Of a stretch of 64,000 nt of DNA, positions 9,527 through 19,639 are shown piece by piece. Every line of letters starts with the position of its first letter. Position 1 is the stretch's first letter. The stretch is taken from assembly GCA_965208325.1 (NCBI GenBank), contig OZ242326.1:1952001-2016000 (forward strand), written 5' to 3'. This DNA comes from Candidatus Poribacteria bacterium. GTDB lineage: Bacteria > Poribacteria > WGA-4E > PCPOR2b. The notes under the pieces were generated by a model. That model did no database searches. It was not told the origin of the DNA and saw nothing but the letters and a program-made list of their open reading frames with translations. The position numbers and the translations under genes are program-made.

Positions 9527-11452
9527 TTAAATGACCGAATACACGGCAGATCGTAGGATGAGGCTGAGCATTGGCCAGAAACACCCCATTAGCGCTTCGC
9601 CCAGTACCAAACCGACAAAGAAGGGAATTGCGCGGCGATAGGCTCGAATGCCGCCGTGCTTAAGTATGAACCACTTGACAATCATAGCGATCATTAAGGG
9701 AAGCCAGAGGGAGTCTGTTATGCCGGGGGCGATGCCTATAACATAACCTGCGGGGTGCAGCGGACACCAGACATACCGCGCGCGAAGGACCATTATCCCG
9801 AGATTCAAAATAAACGTAAAACCGAAGACAATCATTGCCACCCAGTCTGTGGGTTTGGGATTGACTAACCATGAGTTGAGGAAATTGTAGGTATCCGCAC
9901 CACCGGCGTGAATCTGCTCTGAACCGGCGGCGACGCCCTCCTTGTAAATAGTATATGGATAGAGAATGAGACTTGATTCAATCCCAACGATGCAGGCAAT
10001 GAGCAGTACAATGAGCATTGTTCGGTTTCTAATGCCGGTTTGATCGGCTAGCTTGAAGGATTCGAGCTGATCCGCCAGAGGATGCGTTCGAAATGAGGCA
10101 TAGCTTGCCCCGCTGAGCCAGTTCATCAACGATAGCATTGTCAAATTTCCCGTCCTGAGACGCCGGGTACCAAGCATTGAGACAATCAAGTATTGGGGCG
10201 TGAGATAACCGATTGCATGCAGCGGCGGACCTAATTCGGCTCGAATGCGCGCCAAGCCTATGACGATTGCCAGATATACGCCAATGAAGAGCACATAAGC
10301 CCAGATTGACATTCCACCTTTAGTGCAGAATATTAACAACAACACAAGACAGATGCACAACGCGATCACTGCCCATCGATAGGGAACGGGTTCATCTGCT
10401 TCTTCTACTTGATTTGGCCGGACAATTCGAGCCATGACACGAGCAAAGTGCTTTCTGCTGTTCCAACACACAACGGCAAGTAATGCGAGCAGCGCACCTG
10501 CGCCTTGTTCGCCAAAGAAGGGGTAGCCGGGCAAAATTGCGACACCAGCCATGCCGCCGTACAGAAGTTGCGCCTTTTGAAGGAGATAGAAAAAAGCGCA
10601 AGAGAAGGAGAGATCTAAGGGGAGGATAAATGCGAGACCGATTAGATATGGGGTGAAATGGAGCGGTGTGTTGCCGATGGCGTTCCAAGGTTTTTGGGTA
10701 AAGAAAACCGCTAGGTTGTATTTCTTGACCGGAAAACTTGGCAGGACTGGAAAAAAGTATTCTAAGCCATTTATCAAGTCAATCGTTGCGGCAACCGAGA
10801 ACCCAATCCACAGCAAGCGGTTTCTGAATATTGCACCCGAACGCCCTGTGATTTCAAGGGGAATCTGGATAATGGGATACGCCAATTTCTCATGCGCCAC
10901 CCATTGCCGCCGGATAATTATCGTCATGCAAAGGAAAACTACCATCAATAAGAATATGACGATTGACCACGATAAAATGGGCTTTATCCAATGTTGCAGG
11001 TAGCCGCCGGTAAAAAAATTGACTTCGCCCTCAAAGAAATCTGTTACGGTTTTTGGATTGGAGATTACCAGCCAGTCGGGTAAATGGTGAAACAGCAGAG
11101 CTTCCCAGTCGTTTTCAGGTGTTGCGAACCGGGCGGCATAGGGCATCAATCCCATCAAACGCGGGATAGAATCGTGTCCGGTAAATGCGCTGCCAACGGC
11201 CAGCATGGCATAGATTATGAGCAGGTCTTGTTGACTCAGCGCGGCTTTTGGGAAAGACCGACGCACAGCCAAATTCAGCCAGGTTATCAGCAGAAGGGCA
11301 AACACGACATTGACCGACAATGCAACGATGGTCAGGTGTGCGGTATGCCATATCATCTCGACGTAGGCGAGCCAGTAACTATTGGCAATAATTAATATTG
11401 CGCCGACTACCACAGCGCGCTTGCTGATAATTGGAAAGGATTCACGCTTCAT
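9527..11452 (-). CDS. Polytopic membrane protein, DUF6785/DUF6784-like putative transporter
   Basis: About 16 hydrophobic segments with motifs RRQWVAHEKLAYP, WCPLHPAGY and PFFVGLVLGE. Confidence 0.7.
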   Translation of the reverse strand: MKRESFPIISKRAVVVGAILIIANSYWLAYVEMIWHTAHLTIVALSVNVVFALLLITWLNLAVRRSFPKAALSQQDLLIIYAMLAVGSAFTGHDSIPRLMGLMPYAARFATPENDWEALLFHHLPDWLVISNPKTVTDFFEGEVNFFTGGYLQHWIKPILSWSIVIFLLMVVFLCMTIIIRRQWVAHEKLAYPIIQIPLEITGRSGAIFRNRLLWIGFSVAATIDLINGLEYFFPVLPSFPVKKYNLAVFFTQKPWNAIGNTPLHFTPYLIGLAFILPLDLSFSCAFFYLLQKAQLLYGGMAGVAILPGYPFFGEQGAGALLALLAVVCWNSRKHFARVMARIVRPNQVEEADEPVPYRWAVIALCICLVLLLIFCTKGGMSIWAYVLFIGVYLAIVIGLARIRAELGPPLHAIGYLTPQYLIVSMLGTRRLRTGNLTMLSLMNWLSGASYASFRTHPLADQLESFKLADQTGIRNRTMLIVLLIACIVGIESSLILYPYTIYKEGVAAGSEQIHAGGADTYNFLNSWLVNPKPTDWVAMIVFGFTFILNLGIMVLRARYVWCPLHPAGYVIGIAPGITDSLWLPLMIAMIVKWFILKHGGIRAYRRAIPFFVGLVLGEALMGCFWPMLSLILRSAVYSVI

Positions 11453-11698
11453 CGGATTAAATTTATTTACGATTTACTCGAAGTGTAGATGTTGCCAACG
11501 CGGGAATGCGCTTTTGCCGCCAAGCAACTGGATTAAAAATTTGGAATTGAAACGGGGAGATACGGCGGGACCGAAAGCCGGTTTGAATAATGGGTGAAAA
11601 AGCCGTTCTTGGACGTTGGAGTTGCTAAAATTTAAGAGATTCTATCGTGCTCCCAATTCGGTCGTTTGATTCCACCAAGTACATTATTCCAGCATTGA

Positions 11699-11881
11699 GC
11701 GGGGCAAGATGCCCCGCCTACAAGATGTCATGGCGAACGCGCGGCAAGATGCCGCGCCTACAAGATGCCGCAGCGCACGCGGAGTAAGATGCCTCGCCTA
11801 CAAGATGTCATGGCAAACGCGCGGCAAGATGCCGCGCCTACAGGACGTGGTGCCGCACGCGCGGCAAGATGCCGCGCCTAC
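11699..11881 (-). repeat. REP-A direct-repeat array, 5 copies at exact 40-bp period
   Basis: 23-bp REP plus 17-nt linkers. Includes the compensatory stem variant gcggggc-aagat-gccccgc. Confidence 0.9.
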
Positions 11882-11953
11882 AAGATGGCACGGCGCACGC
11901 GGGGCGGACACGTTTAGATAACGCGACCTTCACCAAGCTTGGTGATTTAGAAT

Positions 11954-12874
11954 TCATCGATCGCCAAAGCCGAGTAGTTTGACTTCCATTTGTAAATTTA
12001 CACCTTTCTCCTTCTTGACATGGGTTTGGATGCGGTGTGCTAGAGTGAGTACATCCTGTGCCGTTGCGGCTCCAGCGTTGATGATGAAGTTTCCGTGAAT
12101 TCTGGATACCTCCGCTCCTCCAATTCGATATCCTTTCAAGCCGCATTCGTCAATTAACTTGCCTGCGGAATCGCCGGGCGGGTTTACGAACATACATCCT
12201 GCGTTATCTTCTACAAACGGCTGGCTTTCGATTTTCTGTTTGTAGAGTTCTTGCATGCGGGCAGTAATGGTTTCCGAATTGCCGGGAGTAAGGTTTAGCA
12301 CGGCGCCCGCCGCGCATAAGTAGTCTTGTAACCGGCTCTTGCGGTAACCAAATTGTGCCTCATCACGGCTGATGTCAATCAATTCTCCGTCGTATGACAT
12401 CACTTGAATCTGTTCCACAAGGTCCGCGAAGCAACTACCCCAGGCACCGGCGTTCATTATCAACGCTCCGCCGACCGAGCCGGGGATACCAAGCGCGAAT
12501 TCGGCACCGCTCAAGCCGCGGCGTGCGGTAGTTTTGGACAGTTTGGGCAATGAAACGCCCGCACCAGCGCGGACGCGGTTACCGTTAAATTCGATTTGGT
12601 CGAATTCCCCGGCCAGTCGAATGACAATCCCATCATACCCTGCATCGTTGATTAACAGATTTGAGCCGCGGCCGATGAATGCGAGGGGCATGTGACAACG
12701 TTTACTCAAGCCTGCGATGGCGGTAAGTTCTTGGACTGCGGCGACTTCAACGTAAGCAGTTGCCCGCCCGCCAATTCCAAAGTATGTGTGTTTGTTCATC
12801 GGCTCGCCGAATCGCAGTTTCGAAGCACTGGAGGGATTTTGAATTATTGAGGCGAGTTCCGATTTCCAATCCAT
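11954..12874 (-). CDS. murB: UDP-N-acetylenolpyruvoylglucosamine reductase
   Basis: HTYFGIGG, GRGSNLL, GIPGSVGGALIMNAGA, FGYRKS, AGCMFVNP, HGNFIIN and terminal EVK motifs. Confidence 0.95.
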   Translation of the reverse strand: MDWKSELASIIQNPSSASKLRFGEPMNKHTYFGIGGRATAYVEVAAVQELTAIAGLSKRCHMPLAFIGRGSNLLINDAGYDGIVIRLAGEFDQIEFNGNRVRAGAGVSLPKLSKTTARRGLSGAEFALGIPGSVGGALIMNAGAWGSCFADLVEQIQVMSYDGELIDISRDEAQFGYRKSRLQDYLCAAGAVLNLTPGNSETITARMQELYKQKIESQPFVEDNAGCMFVNPPGDSAGKLIDECGLKGYRIGGAEVSRIHGNFIINAGAATAQDVLTLAHRIQTHVKKEKGVNLQMEVKLLGFGDR

Positions 12875-13104
12875 TTCCGCCTTTATGGAATTGAACTATG
12901 CCGCGCATCGTGCATTAAGATGCGGCAACGAAATATAGCGTCCAGAGCCTTTTTGAAAAATATGCGGCAAGCCCATTTTTGGGCGTTTGAGCCACAATAA
13001 TCCGTGGAATTTCTATCGCACGGGATTTACTATCGCTTTCGATATTCGCACATTTGATTCTAAGCGGCCGCTTGATCCCGCCAAATGCCTTACTCCAGGA
13101 TGGG

Positions 13105-13127
13105 TCGGGGCAAGACGCCCCGCCTAC
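13105..13127 (-). repeat. Single REP-A variant
   Basis: tcggggcaagacgccccgcctac. Confidence 0.75.
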
Positions 13128-13206
13128 GGATGGTGGCGGCGTAATTTATGGTATTGACCTATGCCGCGCACAGTGATGGCGGCAGCCAATTGTTGGTTTC
13201 CATTTA

Positions 13207-14058
13207 TCACGCCTCATCAATGTACTTCCGCATCATCTTGAGAGATTGTGCGGCGGTTTGAATAGGGGTGACCGAGTCGAAAGGTATTGCGCTCACAAAA
13301 CCGCCGTAACCAACTTTTTTTAGCGTGCGGAAGATACTTTCAAAGTCGACTTCGCCATCGCCGGGTACGAGGTGCATATGCGCGGTTAACCCCTTGTAGT
13401 CTGGGAGCCCTACCATACTGACGTAACCCTTGGAGGCGTCGCTGACGATGATTCGCTCTTGCTTGTAGGTGTCGGCGATGTGAACCCATTTCAAGATATC
13501 GGCGGCATATTCGATCATGTCGGCAGGGTCGTCCCCCAAGATAAATGTGTGCGGGCCGCAATACATGTATCCGATGTTGTCGTGACCAATCTCCTTGAGA
13601 ATATCGACGGCTGTATTGTTGTCCTCCACGAAGTCGCCGGGATGCGCTTCGAATGCTGCGTATACACCCGCTCGTTCGAGCACCGGCGCCAATTCTTCTG
13701 CGGATACCTTGAACGCCTGAATACACTCATCTCGTTGGCCTGACGTGCCGCCGCTCATCTCGCAGGTAATCACGCCGCAATCCAACATTTGTGCGAGGTT
13801 AATCTGTCGTTTGACATTCTCCACGGCTTGGCGGCGGGTTTCTTCATTGAGAGAGGCAATCGGTCCGCCGCCGCCTATCGCGGCAGGTTTTATGCTATTT
13901 CGCTGCATTATGCGCCCATGTTCCTCAATTTCGTCCTTCGGTGCGTGCGGGTTAATGCCGGTCTCTACGTACTCATATCCGATTCTGTGAATTTCTTCCA
14001 TGCGCGCTTCAAACGAATACTTTGAGAATAGAAATCCCTCACCAAGACAGGGTTTCAT
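13207..14058 (-). CDS. Sugar phosphate isomerase/epimerase (IolE/IolH-like TIM barrel)
   Basis: FEAHPGDF, WVHIADT and HLVPGDGEVDF. Start at 14058 chosen by alignment with the adjacent paralog. Confidence 0.85.
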   Translation of the reverse strand: MKPCLGEGFLFSKYSFEARMEEIHRIGYEYVETGINPHAPKDEIEEHGRIMQRNSIKPAAIGGGGPIASLNEETRRQAVENVKRQINLAQMLDCGVITCEMSGGTSGQRDECIQAFKVSAEELAPVLERAGVYAAFEAHPGDFVEDNNTAVDILKEIGHDNIGYMYCGPHTFILGDDPADMIEYAADILKWVHIADTYKQERIIVSDASKGYVSMVGLPDYKGLTAHMHLVPGDGEVDFESIFRTLKKVGYGGFVSAIPFDSVTPIQTAAQSLKMMRKYIDEA

Positions 14059-14216
14059 ATTGCGACCTTCCTTTTCTTGTGATGTAGATGCCATCAAGTA
14101 GGCGAGCGGGGAATTAAGGACCGAGGATTTTATACAATGGCTGGCGCCCGCGGCAATTTCGGGACCAACCGCGAACGCCTTAACTTCGGCTTCAACACTA
14201 GCGCGAAGTTTCCCCG

Positions 14217-15083
14217 TTACGATTCTGAAATGTACTTTTGAATCATTTTCAGGGATTGTGTCACAGCTTCCACCGGAGTTATCGAGTCGAAAGGTATTGC
14301 ACTGACAAATCCGTCATATCCAATCTTCTTCAAGGTGCGAAAGATGGACGCGAAATCAACTTCGCCGTCTCCGGGAACGAGATGCAAATGCCCCCTTGTG
14401 TCCTTGAATTCCGGTGTTCCTCCGACAGTTGCATATCCCATGGGGGCGAAGCTAATGATGATGCGCTCCTCTCGATAGGTATCAGCGATATGGACCCAAT
14501 TCAATACATCAGCGGCATACTCAATCATGGCGGCGGGGTCCTCGCCTAAAATGAATGTGTGCGGGCCGCAATACAGGTATCCGATGCTCTTGTGCCCAAT
14601 TTCCTTGATTATATCCACACCCAGATTATTGTCTTCAACAAAATCGCCGGGATGGGCTTCAAAGGAGGCCTGTACACCTTCACCTTCGAGCACCGGAGCC
14701 ACTTCGCGCATAGACGCCTTAAACGCGTCAATACAGTCATTGAGCTGCAGCGAAGTGCCGCCGTTCATCTCGCTGGTGATATAGTCACATCCGAGAAGGC
14801 GTGCAACAACAATTTGGCGATTGAAACCCTTAACCGCCTGGCGACGGGTTTCTGAGTCGAGTGAAGCGAGAGGCCCGCCGCCCAAAACAGCCGCTGGTTT
14901 GATGCCGTAATGATCCATGACCTTCGCCTTCTCCTTAATGTGGTCGTCAGGCGCATTTGGATCTAGATGGGCGCCTCCGTTGAGAAGTTCTACATGGCCA
15001 TAACCGACTTTGCTGATGGCATCCATTGCGTCTTCAAAGGTGTATTGTCCAAATTGAAATCCTTCACCAAGACAGATTTTCAT
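14217..15083 (-). CDS. Sugar phosphate isomerase/epimerase, tandem paralog
   Basis: Same motifs as 13207-14058 with clear colinear similarity. GGAG RBS. Confidence 0.85.
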   Translation of the reverse strand: MKICLGEGFQFGQYTFEDAMDAISKVGYGHVELLNGGAHLDPNAPDDHIKEKAKVMDHYGIKPAAVLGGGPLASLDSETRRQAVKGFNRQIVVARLLGCDYITSEMNGGTSLQLNDCIDAFKASMREVAPVLEGEGVQASFEAHPGDFVEDNNLGVDIIKEIGHKSIGYLYCGPHTFILGEDPAAMIEYAADVLNWVHIADTYREERIIISFAPMGYATVGGTPEFKDTRGHLHLVPGDGEVDFASIFRTLKKIGYDGFVSAIPFDSITPVEAVTQSLKMIQKYISES

Positions 15084-15345
15084 TATTGATTTCTCCGTTG
15101 TGATGAATTGAAGACTATTACAGATTCGTTAGCGATTTTGCGATTTTCGCAGCATGGTTTCAAATATTATTTCGGCAGGACCGTAGAAAAATGTATGTCA
15201 ATATATTTTTCAAAATGCCCGACAACGTTAGGAGATTACCGCACTTAATCGGCTTAATGTTCATTATATCAAATATGCATTTGAGCGTCGAGAAAAATAT
15301 TGCGGCGAAATCGTGTTGAAACGTGGCAAGAATCTGCAGGCGCAC

Positions 15346-16615
15346 GCGGGGCAAGATGCCCCGCACACGGAGGGTAGCGACGTTCTATATGCCTGCCGCC
15401 CCGCGGGGGCTATAGGGCAGGTTTTTGATGTGTGAGGGCGGCTGGTTGTCGGGCTGAATGAAATATGCAATTGGAATGGAAAAAACAAGAGGATGGTTGG
15501 GGAATAGCGGCGGAGTTGGCGATTGGTAATGCATTGGGGATGGGTGAGGTTTTAAAAGCGTTGGGTTTCGCTACGTTCATTATATTTTGGACGTCGTTAG
15601 GCTTCCGAAGCGCAATGTAAGATTGTACGATATTTGGTGAAATCCGCTCTACCCAACCTACAAGAGCAACGAGTGCGGTGGTCGTGATTCGGAGATTGGT
15701 CCGACAGATACAGGCGATTGGAGGTTGAGGTGAAGACTATCGCCCTCCCTATTCGGTCGGTTGATCGTTGGGTTTCGCTACGTTCATTAGATTTTGGACG
15801 TCGTTAGGCTTCCGAAGCGCAATGTAAGATTGTACGATATTTGGTGAAATCCGCTCTACCCAACCTACAAGAGCTCCAGCAATGAGCGGGGCAAGATGCC
15901 CCGCCTACGGAGGGTGGCGACGTTCTATATGCCTGCCGCCCCGCGGGGGCTATAGGGCAGGTTTTTGATGTGTGAGGGCGGCTGGTTGTCGGGCTGAATG
16001 AATTATGCAATTTGGGATGCAAAAAACAAGAGGATTGTTGGGGAATAGCGGCGGAGTTGGCGATTGGTAATGCATTTGGGATGGGTGAGGTTTTAAAAGC
16101 GTTGGGTTTCGCTACGTTCAATTAGATTTTGGACGTCGTTAGGCTTCCGAAGCGCAATGTGAAATTGTACGTTATTTGGTGAAATCCGCTCTACCCAACC
16201 TACAAGAGCTGTGATTTTTGTGATTAAATGACAGGCTTTTGTGATTAAATGATGGGCTATGATTGATTTTAGTCATTTCGGTACATAATATACACAAAGA
16301 AGTGATTTACAATCGAGGCTAGGAAGCCTCTCCCACACACCGATGTGTCGATGCACAATGTTTGATAATCGAGCTTGATAGGGGCGCGGGAGGTTTTCAA
16401 GGCAGAAGACTGTAGGAAGACTATCGCCCTCCCTATTCGGTCGGTTGATCCCTCCTTATTCGGTCGGTTGATCGTTGGGTTTCGCTACATTCATTAGATT
16501 TTGGACGTCGTTAGGCTTCCGAAGCGCAATGTGAAATTGTACGTTATTTGGTGAAATCCGCTCTACCCAACCTACAAGAGCTCCAGCAATGGGCGGGGCA
16601 AGATGCCCCGCCTAC
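15346..16615. repeat. Composite multi-family REP mosaic (about 540-bp duplication; families A, G, D x4, B, F)
   Basis: A-type copies at 15346, 15886 and 16593. Split-REP D copies at 15560, 15767, 16101 and 16474. No credible CDS. Confidence 0.88.
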
Positions 16616-16738
16616 AGGATGTAGTGGCTCACTGGTGCTGTAAAACATGAATATACGAACAAGTTCTAGGATTTACGCTGCGAACCATCCCCGATGGTGA
16701 GCTTGGAATAAAATGTCCCGACAGGAAAGAATTTATGC

Positions 16739-16767
16739 TTGACAGAAATGTCAATTTTTTGTAAACT
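16739..16767 (+). promoter_or_regulatory. Putative sigma70 promoter with an inverted repeat overlapping -35
   Basis: TTGACA-17 nt-TAAACT, with a TTGACA-gaaa-TGTCAA palindrome. Confidence 0.6.
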
Positions 16768-17014
16768 AAGCAGACTGTTCAGATTTGCCGTTTTTTCAGC
16801 GCAGTGAGAAGGGCTCGGATAGCTAGGCCAGTTTGGCTAATTTACGGAACACACATCCTTGTGAACGTTGGCTCGGTCAGAATGCAAGATTCATTTTCCC
16901 ATTAGGACTTAGCGGCGAATCGGAGCTACATCTTGAATTACTTCCATTCTGTGTCACACTTGACTAAAAGTAGCAGATTATCAAAAATTTCTGAATAGGA
17001 GAGAAAAACAGAAC

Positions 17015-18235
17015 ATGAAGAGGTTATTAAAGATACTCATGATTCTTGTGTTGGTTGCCGGTGCCGGGTGTAACCAACAGGTGATTACGCAACTGGAAGT
17101 TGGTCGAGACAAGCTGCTCGACGCAGGTCTGGAAATCGAGGCTATTGAGCACCTAACATTGGCTGAAAATAAAGAAGCCAAGTCTGAAATCGAAAAAGTG
17201 GAACCGCGGGCATTATTGTTGATTGCCTATACGACAGCGCTTTCAAGCGGCGATGCTAAGACCTTGAAGGCAAATCTTGTTGATGATTATAAAGAAGAGC
17301 GGCAGAGGAGACTTGCCGCGTTGAACACGGCGGAAATGAGGAAAATCTTAGATGTGCTTAATGAACGGCACCGCGTCCAAAAAGATGCAATGCAAGTGTT
17401 AATCGATAAAGGGGCCGAGGCCGTACCTTTATTGATTGAAAGCCTTGGGCGGGCTTGGAAGTATGCGCAGATAAAGGGTGAAATTATCGATATGTTATAT
17501 GAGATTGGTTCGCAAGGCCTAGACCACGTAATCGTTGCGCTCAAATCGCCTGATACTTCGGCTGATGCGAAGTCTACGCTTGTGCAGATAGTTGGGAAGA
17601 TTAACGATACTCGCGTACTTTCAGAATTGGAATCAATTCGAGACGGGCTGAGCGCCGCGGATGCAGGGTTGATAATGGAACTTAACGTTGCGCTCTATAA
17701 GCTAGGCAAGAAATCAATTTATAAACCGAAAATTATCGCAGGCTTAAGTGATAGTGAGGTTTCCGTGCGCCGTGCCGCATCGAAGGCACTGTCGGAGTTG
17801 AACGATTCGCCCGCGGCTCAAATCGTCAGTGTTCTACAAGACTCTGACGCTGAAGTGCGTATGTATGGTGCACGAGCGCTACAAAAATTTCCGACGGAGA
17901 CTGCGGTCGTCCCGTTAATTAAAGTCCTCAAGTCGGATTCCGATGCGGACACCAAAAAAGCGGCAACGAGAGCGCTGATTGTGCACGCCAAAAAGGGGTT
18001 GGGGAAAAACATGGCGGTGCGTTTAATCAATGAATTGGATCAGTTAGATGACCCAAACGACCGTCTGCGGGTTGTCCAGATACTCAAAACCGAAGAGCTT
18101 GTAAAACAGATTAAAGCCCATCCGTCAGAGGACAATCTTGAATACAATCTCTGGAAATATTATAACGACGAAGAAAAGAATGACATGGTGAAAGAGGAGT
18201 TAAACCTTTTGTTGCTTATGTTAGAGTCGGCCTAA
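17015..18235 (+). CDS. HEAT-repeat lipoprotein
   Basis: Lipobox-like AGAGC. HEAT-like units LSDSEVSVRRAASKAL, LQDSDAEVRMYGARAL and SDSDADTKKAATRAL. Confidence 0.8.
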   Translation: MKRLLKILMILVLVAGAGCNQQVITQLEVGRDKLLDAGLEIEAIEHLTLAENKEAKSEIEKVEPRALLLIAYTTALSSGDAKTLKANLVDDYKEERQRRLAALNTAEMRKILDVLNERHRVQKDAMQVLIDKGAEAVPLLIESLGRAWKYAQIKGEIIDMLYEIGSQGLDHVIVALKSPDTSADAKSTLVQIVGKINDTRVLSELESIRDGLSAADAGLIMELNVALYKLGKKSIYKPKIIAGLSDSEVSVRRAASKALSELNDSPAAQIVSVLQDSDAEVRMYGARALQKFPTETAVVPLIKVLKSDSDADTKKAATRALIVHAKKGLGKNMAVRLINELDQLDDPNDRLRVVQILKTEELVKQIKAHPSEDNLEYNLWKYYNDEEKNDMVKEELNLLLLMLESA

Positions 18236-18637
18236 CGGTCGGGAAATACCTAAATTTCCCGGTACTGCTGCACAATCTTTCAGTATAATCTGTATCGCCA
18301 CATCCCTGCCAAAATTCTAAAGTTTATTCTGCATTCATAACTAGATAGTTGGAAAATCGCCGATTTGGAAATCGGCGCCGCAAGGCAACCTTTCCGCTAG
18401 TCCGTGTAAAACCCGTCCGCACATTGTTTATCCCCTATTGGATTTGATGTCCTGCCTGAAACGCCAACCCGATGCATTATTTAAAGATGATCTTCGCGTA
18501 TGCTTCCGGACACCGGATGTCCAATGCGCAATTTCGGAATTGCGATGTCTCTGCGTCACACCCATTTTTGGTCGTTTGATTGGGATGTAAAAAACAGGAG
18601 GGATGTTGGGGATTGAGCGGGGCGGATTGCAATTAAA

Positions 18638-19349
18638 AAACCGAGTTTTGAAGAAAAAACTCGGTTTCAAATAGGGGTCGCGATTCGGAGATTGCTCCTA
18701 CAGGGGCGATAGTTTTCTCCGGTTTTAATCTTGTCTTGATTCCCGACGCAAGCCGACCTACAAGAACTTTGCGGACGGCACACGGAGTGTGCCTGCTACT
18801 TTAGCGCGGCAAGATGCCGCGCCTACAAAGGAAATGGATGTGAGTGAAGCAAGATGCCGCGCCTACAAAGGAAATGGATGTGAGTGAAGCAAGATGCCGC
18901 GCCTACAAAGGAAATGGATGTGAGTGAAGCAAGGTGGAGCGGATACGGGGGAAGAAGACGGTTGAGATGCGGCGAATTTTGAAGAAACCGTTTGAAGAAA
19001 AAACTCGGTTTCAAATAGGGGTTGCGATTCGGAGATTGCTCCTACAGGGGCGATAGTTTTCTCCGGTTTTAATCTTGTCTTGATTCCCGACGCAAGCCGA
19101 CCTACAAGAACTTTGCGGACGGCACACGGAGTGTGCCTGCTACTTTAGCGCGGCAAGATGCCGCGCCTACAAAGGAAATGGATGTGAGTGAAGCAAGATG
19201 GAGCGGATACGGGGGAAGAAGACGGTTGAGATGCGGCGAATTTTGAAGAAACCGTTTGAAGAAAAAACTCGGTTTCAAATAGGGGTCGCGATTCGGAGAT
19301 TGCTCCTACGGCGGGTGGGTTTTGGATGAATCCGCTCTGCCCAACTTAC
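18638..19349. repeat. Composite REP mosaic (E-B-J-C-A units)
   Basis: Order: aaaccgagttttgaagaaaaaactcggttt (E), B, tcccgacgcaagccgacctac (J), acggcacacggagtgtgcctgctac (C), A. The unit is repeated about 2.5 times and contains internal 40-bp A repeats. Confidence 0.88.
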
Positions 19350-19639
19350 ACGAGCTCGCAAGTGCAGTGATTTAGATTGACGCGTACCTGCCCATTTGAT
19401 ATGCTATAATCTTATGTGAACACGTGAAAACCGGTGCATGCCGCATCATTCGCATCGCACCGTGGAAGCGGTTCAACAGTTGCAGCCGCGTCCCGGGCGA
19501 AGATGACAAACTGGGAATTTAGAACCCAAGAAAGATATTGTCCGCCAGCGGCGGCATCTCAATTACATTTGTCAATTCAGGATGCCGCGGCTAGGTTTAG
19601 AACTGAAAGGGGAAGTTCTGATTTTCAGGGGCATTGCGC

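Noticed and set aside
6829..11881. CRISPR arrays (23-bp palindromic direct repeats with spacers)
   Set aside because: Linkers are short (15-22 nt) or mutually homologous, the repeat carries the GTAG REP signature and flanks a RAYT, and no cas genes are present.
11699..11881. TIGR-like dual-repeat guide array
   Set aside because: There is only one repeat type per unit and no Nop-domain or IS110-like protein in the window.
15560..15661. Integron attC sites as an explanation for family D
   Set aside because: There is no integrase or gene cassettes between copies, the cores are not self-complementary, and the ends carry the GTAG REP signature.
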